A DNA stretch of 64,000 nucleotides, taken from positions 311,423 through 375,422 of the forward strand of contig CAWJXO010000030.1 in the NCBI GenBank assembly GCA_963846765.1, written 5' to 3'. This document shows, piece after piece, positions 40,876 to 49,970 of this stretch. The position numbers and the translations under genes are program-made. Each line of letters starts with the position of its first letter. The stretch's first letter is position 1. The notes below the pieces were generated by a model. It worked only from the letters and a program-made list of their open reading frames with translations, was not told the origin of the DNA and searched no databases. Origin of the DNA: an uncultured Solirubrobacterales bacterium. Lineage in GTDB: Bacteria > Actinomycetota > Thermoleophilia > Solirubrobacterales > Solirubrobacteraceae.

Positions 40876-42399
40876 TCAGCGGCGCGCGGGCGCAAGTCGA
40901 CCTAGCCAGCGCCACGCGCCCTCCATCTCGGCGATCGTCAGTTCCCCGGCGAGCAGCAGGATCGCGAAGAACACCGCGATGCTGGCCGCCCCTCCGATGA
41001 TCATGATCGAGATCGAGGGATCCGTACCGGCGGCGAACAGGATGGCGCCCATCGCGGCCGCCGCAAGCAGGCCCCGGAAGGCGCTCCAAGCCAGCCAGCC
41101 GAGGCGCAACTCGAGATGCCGGCGGCAGATCTGAACGTGCCCGGCGACCATCACCAGGAGCGCCGCCGCGGTGCCGATCGCTCCTGCGACGATGCCGATG
41201 CGCGGGATCAGGACGACGTCGATCGCCGCGTTCAGGAGCGCGGCGCCGACCATCAGGGGTACGCGGCGCCGCGCGTCGCCGAGGTAGTTCGCCGACAGCG
41301 ACACGAGTGGCGCGAACCCGCCCAGGTAAGCCGATATCGACAGCACTCGCAGTGTCGTGACCGATCCGGCGTAGCTGCTGCCGAGCAGTATCCGGACGAT
41401 CGGCTGCGCCCACACGAGCAGCGGCGCGACAACCAGTGATTGACACACGATCAGTCCGCGGAGTCCGTGTTCGAGCGCGACGCCGTTCGGCACGTTGTCG
41501 CTCCCACGGGACATGCGCGGTGCCACCCCGTTGGCCACGGCGGTCCCCGGGTACGCGAGCAGCAGCAGCAGCCGATATGGGGCACTGAACAGCCCGACCT
41601 TGTCGGCCGTGAGGTAGGCGCCGATCAGCAGTACGTCGATCGCGGAAAACAGGGTGTTCGCGCTATCCACCAGGATCAACGGCAGCGCGTAGGCGCCGAT
41701 ACGGCGTCTGAACGACCGCCGCCCACGCCTGCGCCACGCTGCCGGCCAGCCGAACGCGCGCGCGCCGAGAACCATCGCGAACGCTCCGCCGCAGACGTAT
41801 CCGACCGCGCGCCCGGTGGTCGCGCCGAGCGCGCCGCCAACCGTCAGCACGAGCACGATCGACGCCGAGAACTCGGCCACGCTCTCCCCGAACACCATAC
41901 GAACGTCGGTGGCGACCCGGCGATCCGCCACGAACGCGCCTTCGAACAGAAACATCAGGTTCTGGCCGAACACCGCCACCGCGACCGCGCGCAACGGCCA
42001 CGTCAGCGGCGCGTTGTAAGCCGACGCGATCGGCCCGGACAGGACGATGAGCGCGACGCACGCGATCCCCGACGCGATCACCTTCAGCCGCACCGCGTCG
42101 GCTAGCAACCAGGCGATCGCGCGCCGGTCGCCCCGATGGTCGGCGACGAACCTAGCCGTCGAGGAGGAGATGCCCAGGTCGGCCGGGAGCGCGATGATCG
42201 CGCCGAAGCCGATCGCGAGCGCGAACGTGCCGTACTGAGTGGGTCCGAGCACCCGGACCAGGAACAGCGTCAGGACGGCGGTGAACGCGGCCGTCGCCAT
42301 CTGTGCCGCGAACGAATATGCGGAGCTCGCGACGATGCTCTCGCTCCCACCGCCGGCACCGCGGTCTTCCTCGCCGGCACTCGTACCGATGTATTTCAC
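40876..42399 (-). CDS. Wzx-type oligosaccharide flippase (MOP family)
   Basis: About 14 TM; RVLGPTQYG, DLGI, DVLLIG..VGLF, LIPRIGIVAGA. Confidence 0.92.
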   Translation of the reverse strand: MKYIGTSAGEEDRGAGGGSESIVASSAYSFAAQMATAAFTAVLTLFLVRVLGPTQYGTFALAIGFGAIIALPADLGISSSTARFVADHRGDRRAIAWLLADAVRLKVIASGIACVALIVLSGPIASAYNAPLTWPLRAVAVAVFGQNLMFLFEGAFVADRRVATDVRMVFGESVAEFSASIVLVLTVGGALGATTGRAVGYVCGGAFAMVLGARAFGWPAAWRRRGRRSFRRRIGAYALPLILVDSANTLFSAIDVLLIGAYLTADKVGLFSAPYRLLLLLAYPGTAVANGVAPRMSRGSDNVPNGVALEHGLRGLIVCQSLVVAPLLVWAQPIVRILLGSSYAGSVTTLRVLSISAYLGGFAPLVSLSANYLGDARRRVPLMVGAALLNAAIDVVLIPRIGIVAGAIGTAAALLVMVAGHVQICRRHLELRLGWLAWSAFRGLLAAAAMGAILFAAGTDPSISIMIIGGAASIAVFFAILLLAGELTIAEMEGAWRWLGRLAPARR

Positions 42400-43154
42400 T
42401 CGAGTACGAGAAACGTTGTGCGGGCGTACTTTCGCACTCGTGGGTGACGCTCGAGCATCCGGTCGTCAAACGAACTAACCGAACGGGCCAGCGGACGCTG
42501 CCAGGCGCGCGGCAGGAACAGATTGAGCGGCATCATGGGGATGCTGGTCAGCTCCACCTCCCGGTGTGAGAAGCCCGGGAATGTCTGCGCGCACAGCCGC
42601 CAGTCGCGGACCGTCAGCGGGTGCTCATCCGGTGTGCGCGCCGCCGGCGTCAACCAGCGGCCGAGCCGCAGCAACGGGTTCTGGGCGAGCGGCTCCAGGA
42701 ACACCGCGCGCCCGTCCGGACGTAGGATGCGGCGGACCTCAGCCAGCGCGCGGGGGACGTCGAGGTGGTGAATGATGGCCAGGCCGATGATCAGGTCGAA
42801 CGAGTCGTCGGCGTAACCGGTGGCGTGCGCGTCGCCGGCGCGGAACTCGACCCGGTCGGCGAAGCCTTCGGCGCGAGCATGCGCCTCAGCCCGCGCGATC
42901 TCCGCCTCCGAGATGTCGATCCCGGCGACGTGCGCGGCGCCGGCGTCGACGAACCGGCGGGCATCGTTGGCGGGTCCGCAGCCGTAAAGGAGCACGCGCT
43001 TGCGCAGCGGGTCGCACAACTCGTAGATCTCGTCGTTGCGGTTGAACTCACCGATCGCGCGCCAGATGGCGAGACGCAGACGAACGTACAACCAGCCCTG
43101 CGTGTCGAAGAACCGTTGCTCGCGCTCGACCACGTCCCCCGTGCCGTCCAGCAT
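42396..43154 (-). CDS. Class I SAM-dependent methyltransferase
   Basis: VLLYGCG, GIDISE, GDAH, IIHHLD, RILRPDG..EP. TGG-TAGATT extended -10 lies 6 nt before ATG. Confidence 0.9.
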   Translation of the reverse strand: MLDGTGDVVEREQRFFDTQGWLYVRLRLAIWRAIGEFNRNDEIYELCDPLRKRVLLYGCGPANDARRFVDAGAAHVAGIDISEAEIARAEAHARAEGFADRVEFRAGDAHATGYADDSFDLIIGLAIIHHLDVPRALAEVRRILRPDGRAVFLEPLAQNPLLRLGRWLTPAARTPDEHPLTVRDWRLCAQTFPGFSHREVELTSIPMMPLNLFLPRAWQRPLARSVSSFDDRMLERHPRVRKYARTTFLVLE

Positions 43155-43216
43155 CGGGCGAATCTACCAAAGGCCTTTCGGCGGCTGGGCTCCGGCCAAC
43201 GTGGGATCATCCGGCG

Positions 43217-45274
43217 GTGGCTGCGAGTCAAGCAGGGAAGCTGCGCCCGCACGTTGCCGCGCTCATCCCCGGGCTCGCGGTTGTGGCCCTGATGGTGCTG
43301 TGGGCCGAGCACGACGGGGGGTACAACGCCGACACCTGGTACTGGGGCGCGCTGGTGCTCGTCGGCCTGTTCGCGGCGATCGTGATCGGGTTCGGGTGGC
43401 TGGAGCTGCGTCTCGATCGGCCCGCCCGAATCGCGCTCGCCGCCTTCGCCCTGTACGTCGCGTGGTCGTATCTCTCGATCACCTGGGCGCACTCGCCTGG
43501 GGACGCGCTAAACGGCAGCAACCGGGCGCTGCTCTACTTGCTCGTGTTCGCGGTGATGCTGACGATTCCGTGGCGTGCGCCGTCGGCGCTGCTGGCACTG
43601 CTGACGTTCGTAGTCGGCATCGGCGTAGTGGGGTTCGTGCTGCTGTTCCGGCTGGCATCGGACGACCACGTTGCCAGCCTGATCATCGGCGGCCGCCTCG
43701 CCTCCCCGACCGGTTACTTCAATGCGACGGCGGCCCTGTTCATGATCAACGCGCTGACCGCGACCGCGCTGGCCCCGCGTCGGGAGTTGCCCGGTCCAGT
43801 TCGCGGGCTGCTGGTCGCGATCGCCTGCGCGTCCCTGCAGCTGACGCTGATCGTCGAGAGCCGCGGCTGGTTGTTCACCCTGCCGCTCGTGCTGATCGTC
43901 GCGCTCGTGCTGGTGCGCGACCGCCTCCGCGTCGCCGTCGCGGCCGCGCTCCCGATCCTGGCCACATTGGTGCCCCTGCATCGCCTGCTCGCGGTCTACA
44001 AGAGTGCCGCCGGCGAGGCGCTGAACCATGCGGCCAAGGACGCCGGCGAGCTGGCGCTGGTGCTGTGCGCCATCGTGTTTGTCCTCGCCACGCTGGTCGC
44101 CTGGGCCGATCAGCTGGGCCGCGTTCCCAGCCTGTCTCAAACCCGGCAGCGCCAGATCGCGGCGGCGGCGGCGGTCATCGCGATCGCGGGCGGGTGCGCC
44201 GGCGTCGTCGTGGCGACCAAGGGGCACCCGTTCGCGTTCGTTAACCGGCAATGGAACGGGTTCGTCCACGCGTCCACCGAGACCGTGGCCACCAGTAATT
44301 TCGGCGTCGTCGGAAGCGGGCGCTACGACTACTGGCGGGTCGCGCTCGACGCCTTCCTGGCCCACCCGATTGGGGGCCTCGGTCAGGACAACTTCGACAA
44401 CTACTACGTGATCCATCGCCGGATCAACCAGGAGCCGGCCTGGACGCACAGCCTCGAGATCCGCCTCCTCGCACACACCGGAATCATCGGGTTTGCTCTG
44501 TTCGCCGTGTTCCTGGTGGCGGCGATCATCGCGGCGCTCCGCGCCCGGCGCCGGTCCGGCGCAAGCGATCTGACGCGAGCAGTCGCCGGGGCCGCGCTGC
44601 TGCCGCTCGTGGTTTGGGTCATCCACGGGTCGATCGACTGGTTCTGGGAGATGCCGGCGCTGAGCGGCCCCGCACTCGGGTTCCTGGGGATGGCAGGAGC
44701 GCTCGGACGGGCCCCCGTGGAGCGCGGCCCGTCGGGGCGGGCGCCGGAGGGCGGCGACCCGCCGGCGCGGACCACCGTCCAAGGCGACCCCTCGGGGCGG
44801 TCGCCGCGGCGCATCCTCGCGGACGCCGCCGCCGGGCTCGCGCTGGTCGCCGTGGTGGTCGTGCTCGGGTTCCCCTACCTGTCGGTGCGCGAAGAATCGG
44901 TCGCCAGCAACGTCCGCCATAGCGATCCGAACCAGGCGCTGGCCGACCTGAACACCGCGGCCGACCTCAACCCACTGAGCCCAGACCCGGGGCGGATCGG
45001 CGGCACAATCGCGCTGCAGACGGGTCAATACGCCCAGGCGCTCCGGCGCTTCCGTCAGTCGATCTCCCGCGACCCGGGGGGGTGGTATGCGTGGCTCGGC
45101 GCTGGCCTCGCTGCCTCGGGCCTAGGGGAGCCTGATCTCGCCGGCCACTACCTCGCGATGGCCGCCTCGATCAACTCCCGGGAGCCCGCGATCGAGGACG
45201 CGCTCCGCGGCGTCGACGGGCCCCATCCCCTGGCCCCGGCGGCGGTGTTAGCGATGCTGACGCTGGTGCAGTAA
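43217..45274 (+). CDS. O-antigen ligase-family membrane protein with C-terminal TPR-like repeats
   Basis: RLASPTGYFNA, ESRG, GRYDYWRVA, HPIGGLGQDNF, HSLEIRLLAHTG, HGSIDWFW; helical C-terminus (AADLNPLS, ISRDP). Confidence 0.88.
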   Translation: MAASQAGKLRPHVAALIPGLAVVALMVLWAEHDGGYNADTWYWGALVLVGLFAAIVIGFGWLELRLDRPARIALAAFALYVAWSYLSITWAHSPGDALNGSNRALLYLLVFAVMLTIPWRAPSALLALLTFVVGIGVVGFVLLFRLASDDHVASLIIGGRLASPTGYFNATAALFMINALTATALAPRRELPGPVRGLLVAIACASLQLTLIVESRGWLFTLPLVLIVALVLVRDRLRVAVAAALPILATLVPLHRLLAVYKSAAGEALNHAAKDAGELALVLCAIVFVLATLVAWADQLGRVPSLSQTRQRQIAAAAAVIAIAGGCAGVVVATKGHPFAFVNRQWNGFVHASTETVATSNFGVVGSGRYDYWRVALDAFLAHPIGGLGQDNFDNYYVIHRRINQEPAWTHSLEIRLLAHTGIIGFALFAVFLVAAIIAALRARRRSGASDLTRAVAGAALLPLVVWVIHGSIDWFWEMPALSGPALGFLGMAGALGRAPVERGPSGRAPEGGDPPARTTVQGDPSGRSPRRILADAAAGLALVAVVVVLGFPYLSVREESVASNVRHSDPNQALADLNTAADLNPLSPDPGRIGGTIALQTGQYAQALRRFRQSISRDPGGWYAWLGAGLAASGLGEPDLAGHYLAMAASINSREPAIEDALRGVDGPHPLAPAAVLAMLTLVQ

Positions 45275-45411
45275 CTCCGAAATTGGCAATTATTCTGAGG
45301 ACTTCTCGGATTTCGAGAATTTGCCGAGCGTTGATTAGCGCTTGCGCGCTGTCGGGAGGTTCATGTAGAGTTGTGCACTGTTCTGCGACTTCGCGACGAA
45401 CGAAGGGATTC

Positions 45412-45696
45412 ATGAAACGCATCTCAGCGCTGGTAGGGGTGGTTCTCGTCTTGGTGCTTGTTCCTAGCGCCGCGCTCGCCTCTGGGGGCAGCTCCACGTG
45501 CCAGGCCTACGGGCCACAGACATGCGACTCAGTGAGTAGTGGAACGGCCGGCACCGGCAACGGTTCGACCACCGCGACTACCTCGGCGGGGACATTGCCC
45601 TTCACTGGGCTCGACGTCGTCCTGCTCGTAGCCGGCGGTGGCGCGCTCCTGACCGGCGGCTTCGTGGTCCGCAGGCTTTCGCGCCGGCTGAATTAG
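45412..45696 (+). CDS. Small Ser/Thr/Gly-rich secreted protein with an LPFTG cell-wall sorting signal (94 aa)
   Basis: GAAGGGA RBS; signal peptide MKRISALV..ALA; mature SGGSSTCQAYGPQTCDSVSSGTAGTGNGSTTATTSAGT; then LPFTG + TM + RRLSRR. Confidence 0.85.
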   Translation: MKRISALVGVVLVLVLVPSAALASGGSSTCQAYGPQTCDSVSSGTAGTGNGSTTATTSAGTLPFTGLDVVLLVAGGGALLTGGFVVRRLSRRLN

Positions 45697-45705
45697 AGCT
45701 CGTCT

Positions 45706-47142
45706 TTACTCGCCGAGACGTTCCCGGATCAGCCGGGTGATCTCGCCCCCGTCGGCGCGGCCCTTGGTCTCACGCATCACGTATCCGACGAGCGGCCCGA
45801 TCGCCCTCATGTTCCCGGAGCGCACCTGCTCGGCGGCGGCCGGATCGGAGGCGATCGCGCGGTCGACGATCTGGCCGAGCCCGTCGTCCTCGGCCGTCAG
45901 GGCACCGAGGCCCTCGCGCTCGACGATCGCGCGCGGGTCCCCGCCCTCCTCGACGAGCCGCGTCAGCACCTCGCGCGCGGCGTCCCGGCTGACCTCCCTG
46001 GCCTTGACCATCGTCGCGAGCGCCGCGAGGCTCTCGGGAGCGACGTTGCTGCCGGCGGGGTCCGCCTCCGTGCCGATCCGCTCGGCGAGCTGCGGGATCC
46101 AGTTCGACAGCTCGACCGGCTCGCCGTTGCCACCCGCGGCCGCGAGCGCCCGCTCGAAGTAGTCGCCGAGATCCGTCCGACGCGCGAACAGCCACGCCGT
46201 GTCGGCGTTCAGCCCGAGCTCCTGCTCGAACCGGGCGGCGCGCTCGACGGGCAGCTCCGCGGGCATATCCACACGAGCGGCGGCCAGCATCTCGTCGGTC
46301 ACGACCAGCGGCACCAGGTCGGGCTCGGGGAAGTAGCGGTAGTCATGCGCCTCCTCCTTGGAGCGGAGCGACGTGATCGTGTTGCTCGCCGGGTCGTAAT
46401 GAAGAGTCTCCTGCTCGACCGCCTCGCCCGACTCGAGCAGCGCGATCTGCCGCGCGATCTCCGCCTTCACCCCGCGTTCGAGGAAGCGGAACGAGTTCAT
46501 GTTCTTGAGCTCGGTCTTGGTCCCGAGCTCGGTCGAGCCGACCGGCCGCACGGACACGTTCGCGTCGACGCGCAGGGACCCCTCCTCCATGTTCACGTCC
46601 GAGACTCCGAGTTGGCGGAGCGTCGTGCGCAGCAGCGCCGGCCACTCGCGCGCCTGCTCGGGGGAGCGTAGGTCCGGCTCGGTCACGATCTCGACCAGCG
46701 GCGTGCCGCCCCGGTTGAAGTCGACCCAGCTTCGGTCCGCCCCGTGGATCCGGCCGCTTGTCCCCAGGTGGTTGAGCTTGGCCGCGTCCTCCTCGAGGTG
46801 GACGCGGTGGATGCGCACGTCGTCGAGGTGGCCACCGAGGCACAGCGGGACGTCGTACTGAGAGATCTGGTAGCCCTTGGGAAGGTCCGGATAGAAGTAG
46901 TTCTTCCGGTGAAACAGCGACCGCTCGGCGATGTCGCAGCCGAGCGCGAGCCCGATCATGATCCCGTAGTGGATCGCGCGCTCGTTGACCACGGGCAGCG
47001 CTCCGGGGAGCCCCAGACAGACCGGACAGGTGTGAGTGTTTGGCGGGTCGTTGAACGACAGCTCGCAGCCGCAGAACATCTTCGTCCGCGTGCTCAGCTG
47101 CACGTGGATCTCCAAGCCAATAACGGGCTCGTAGACCGTCAT
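45706..47142 (-). CDS. gatB: Asp/Glu-tRNA amidotransferase subunit B
   Basis: VIGLEIHVQL, RKNYFYPDLPKGYQISQ, HLEEDA, ELKNMNSF, YRYFPEPDL. Confidence 0.97.
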   Translation of the reverse strand: MTVYEPVIGLEIHVQLSTRTKMFCGCELSFNDPPNTHTCPVCLGLPGALPVVNERAIHYGIMIGLALGCDIAERSLFHRKNYFYPDLPKGYQISQYDVPLCLGGHLDDVRIHRVHLEEDAAKLNHLGTSGRIHGADRSWVDFNRGGTPLVEIVTEPDLRSPEQAREWPALLRTTLRQLGVSDVNMEEGSLRVDANVSVRPVGSTELGTKTELKNMNSFRFLERGVKAEIARQIALLESGEAVEQETLHYDPASNTITSLRSKEEAHDYRYFPEPDLVPLVVTDEMLAAARVDMPAELPVERAARFEQELGLNADTAWLFARRTDLGDYFERALAAAGGNGEPVELSNWIPQLAERIGTEADPAGSNVAPESLAALATMVKAREVSRDAAREVLTRLVEEGGDPRAIVEREGLGALTAEDDGLGQIVDRAIASDPAAAEQVRSGNMRAIGPLVGYVMRETKGRADGGEITRLIRERLGE

Positions 47143-48587
47143 CCCGCGCTACCTCCGTTGCCCGTCATTGGCCCGCTCCCATCGAAGCCGATCGCGCGCT
47201 CGAGCGCGTACGCGGCGTCGAGCAGACGGCTCTCGCTGAACGCCGGGCCGGCGAGCTGGAATCCCACCGGGAGGCCCTCGCTCAGCCCCGACGGGATCGA
47301 GATCGCGGGCGTTCCGGCCAGCGACATCGGGACCGTGCAGAAGTCGTTCAGATACATCGCGAGCGGATCGTGGGTCTTCGAGCCGAGTTCGAACGCGGTC
47401 CACGGGCTGGTCGGCGTCACGATGAAGTCGAACCGGTCGAACACGGTCGCGAAGTCCTCGGCGATCTTCGTCCTCACCTTCTGCGCGGTCCCGTAGTACG
47501 CGTCGTAGTAGCCGCTCGAGAGCGCGTAGGTGCCGAGCATGATCCTGCGCTTGACTTCCGGTCCGAAGCCCACCTCGCGCGTGCGGCTGTACATCGTGGT
47601 CAGGTCGGCGTCGCCGTCGACTCGCAGCCCGTAGCGGACTCCGTCGAACCGGGCGAGGTTGGACGACGCCTCCGCCGGTGCGACCAGGTAGTAGGCCGAC
47701 AACGCATGCGAAGCGTGTGGGAGCTGGCACGGCTCGACGGTGGCGCCGAGCTCTTCCGCGAGCCTCAGCGTCGCGTCGAAGCTCGCGCTCACGCCCGGCT
47801 CGACGCCCGCGTCGCTCCCGACCAGCTCCTCGGGTATGCCCAGCCGGATGCCGTTCAGGTCCTCGGCCCGTGGCAGCGCGATCTCTCCGGGGTAATCAAG
47901 CGAGGTGGAGTCGCGGCGATCGCGGCCGACCATGTGGCGCAGCATCAGCGCCGCGTCCATCACGTCCCGCGTCAGCGGACCGGCCTGATCGAGCGAGGAC
48001 GCGAACGCGATCATCCCGTAGCGCGAGCAGGCGCCGTACGTCGGCTTGAACCCCACGATCCCGCACAGCGCCGCCGGCTGGCGAATCGATCCGCCCGTGT
48101 CGGTGCCGATCGCCCATGGGGCGAGACCGGCGGCCACGGCGGCCGCGCTGCCGCCTGAGGAGCCGCCCGGTACCCGGGCGCGGTCCCAGGGGTTGAACAC
48201 GGGACCGAACGCCGAGTTCTCGTTCGAGGAGCCCATCGCGAACTCGTCCTGGTTGGTCTTACCCAGCAGCGGTGCACCCGCCTGCGCCAGCTTCTCGACG
48301 ACGGTGGCGGTGTAGGGCGGGCGGTAGCCCTCGAGGATCTTCGAGCCCGACTGGCTTGGCACTCCTTCGGTGCAGAACAGGTCTTTGACCGCGACCGGCA
48401 CGCCGCCGAGCGGCGTCTCGGGGTACGAGTTGCCGTCCGGTTGGGCGTCGGCGACCCATGTAAATGCGTTGAGCTCGTCGGCGGCGGCCCGCTCGCGGTA
48501 CGCCTCGAACAGCTCGGCCTGATCGATCTCACGGGCGCGGATCCGCTCGGCTGCGGCGGCCGCCGTCAGTTCGATGAGCTCGCTCAC
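47139..48587 (-). CDS. gatA: Asp/Glu-tRNA amidotransferase subunit A
   Basis: GKTNQDEFAMGSS, PGGSSGGSA, GTDTGGSIRQPA, EVKRRIMLGT. GTG overlaps the gatC stop. Confidence 0.97.
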   Translation of the reverse strand: MSELIELTAAAAAERIRAREIDQAELFEAYRERAAADELNAFTWVADAQPDGNSYPETPLGGVPVAVKDLFCTEGVPSQSGSKILEGYRPPYTATVVEKLAQAGAPLLGKTNQDEFAMGSSNENSAFGPVFNPWDRARVPGGSSGGSAAAVAAGLAPWAIGTDTGGSIRQPAALCGIVGFKPTYGACSRYGMIAFASSLDQAGPLTRDVMDAALMLRHMVGRDRRDSTSLDYPGEIALPRAEDLNGIRLGIPEELVGSDAGVEPGVSASFDATLRLAEELGATVEPCQLPHASHALSAYYLVAPAEASSNLARFDGVRYGLRVDGDADLTTMYSRTREVGFGPEVKRRIMLGTYALSSGYYDAYYGTAQKVRTKIAEDFATVFDRFDFIVTPTSPWTAFELGSKTHDPLAMYLNDFCTVPMSLAGTPAISIPSGLSEGLPVGFQLAGPAFSESRLLDAAYALERAIGFDGSGPMTGNGGSAG

Positions 48588-48871
48588 GCCGCGCCGGGGC
48601 TGGGGACGCCAAAGCCACCGTGCAGCGGCTCGGGGGCTGACGCGAGCGCCACCTCGGCCGGGAGGCACGGCTCGGGCTCGTCGGGCCGCAGGGCGTTGAC
48701 CACGTCAACGACGTGCGAGGTCGGCGGCACCCCGTCGAGATCGAGTTCGCCGATCTTCTCGATGTGCTCGAGCACGTTGGACAGCTCTACCGACATCCGC
48801 TCGACCTCGTCATCGCTCAGGTCAAGTCGCGCGAGCCGAGCCACATGAAGAACCTGGTCACGATCGAGCAT
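48584..48871 (-). CDS. gatC: Asp/Glu-tRNA amidotransferase subunit C
   Basis: VLHVARLARL, GVPPTSH, LRPDEP, FGVP. Confidence 0.95.
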   Translation of the reverse strand: MLDRDQVLHVARLARLDLSDDEVERMSVELSNVLEHIEKIGELDLDGVPPTSHVVDVVNALRPDEPEPCLPAEVALASAPEPLHGGFGVPSPGAA

Positions 48872-48898
48872 CTATCGAGCCATTTTAGGGCCCGCGAC

Positions 48899-49366
48899 TT
48901 AGGATTCGTTGCTCGCGGTCGGCCGGACGATCGGGATCTCGGTCCGCGCGTCCCGGCGGGCGACGCCCTCCTGGCGAAGCGAGAAATAGCCCCCGCACAT
49001 GATCCCGATCGCGAACAGCAGGCCCAGGTAGGCGCCGGCCTCCTGATGCGCGGGCGGGTTGATCAGGACGCGGTATATCAGCGCCAACACGGTCACGATC
49101 CCGAGCAGCATCACGACCAGACTCATCGTCACCGGGATCGCGGGAGCGCGGCGGGTCACCTGCACGAACACCAGCCCGGCCGCCGCGACGATCGTCACCA
49201 ACATCAGCCACCGCAGGTCGGTGAGCGCCTGCCAGCCGGTCCGCGTCGGGCCGTTTGCGCTCGCGGTGCCGTACCACTTGCCCCCGACCAGGAAGATGGC
49301 CAGCAGCACCGCGCTCGCGCCCGCGAGCATCTCGCCGCGCCGCAGACGCGAAGCATCGAGGTCCAT
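48899..49366 (-). CDS. Hypothetical 4-TM membrane protein
   Basis: MDLDASRLRRGEMLAGASAVLL..WY..TGWQA..; hydrophobic pattern. Confidence 0.75.
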   Translation of the reverse strand: MDLDASRLRRGEMLAGASAVLLAIFLVGGKWYGTASANGPTRTGWQALTDLRWLMLVTIVAAAGLVFVQVTRRAPAIPVTMSLVVMLLGIVTVLALIYRVLINPPAHQEAGAYLGLLFAIGIMCGGYFSLRQEGVARRDARTEIPIVRPTASNES

Positions 49367-49377
49367 TGACCGGGAGG

Positions 49378-49932
49378 CTAGACGGTCGGCCCGGGTTCTG
49401 GGCTCGGCTCGGTGGCCGTCTTCGCTGGCTTCTGCGCCTTGTGGCCGGTCGCCGACGGCGTCGGCGAGGCCGACGCCGCGATGCGAGCCCGGCGGGTCAG
49501 GACCAGGAGGCCCGCGACCAGGAGCAGAGCCGTCCAGAACCCGAGGGCGAGCTCGCCGAAGCGGCCCAGATGAAGCACGAACTTGACCACGAGCAGTCCC
49601 GCGGTCGTGCAGGCCAGCGCGTACCGGCCGGTGATCCGGTCGCCGGCCACGGTCGGGAGGCGCGTGTGCGGCGACAGCCGCTCGGTGGCGAGATCGGCGA
49701 GCAGGAAGGCCGAGGCCATCAACGCGAGCACGCCGAGCCACGCGTCGGGCGCGTCGACCGCCGAGGCCGAGCCGCCGATCGAGAGCGTGGCCGACCCCAC
49801 GGTGATCGTTGCGCCGAACGAGAACCAAGGCAGCACGAGCAGATCGAGCACCAACAGCCCCGCCACGGCGATGATCGTCCAGTCGTCACGGGACAGACGC
49901 TCGAGGCCGAGCTTGCGGACCTGGTTCTCCAC
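49378..49932 (-). CDS. Hypothetical 4-TM membrane protein (probably a distant paralog of its neighbour)
   Basis: GGAGG RBS before GTG 49932; LSRDDW..LPWF..; hydrophobic pattern similar to the downstream gene. Confidence 0.72.
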   Translation of the reverse strand: MENQVRKLGLERLSRDDWTIIAVAGLLVLDLLVLPWFSFGATITVGSATLSIGGSASAVDAPDAWLGVLALMASAFLLADLATERLSPHTRLPTVAGDRITGRYALACTTAGLLVVKFVLHLGRFGELALGFWTALLLVAGLLVLTRRARIAASASPTPSATGHKAQKPAKTATEPSPEPGPTV

Positions 49933-49970
49933 GGGCCTCCGTTCGACGTCGGGAGCCGGGCTCCTTCCGG

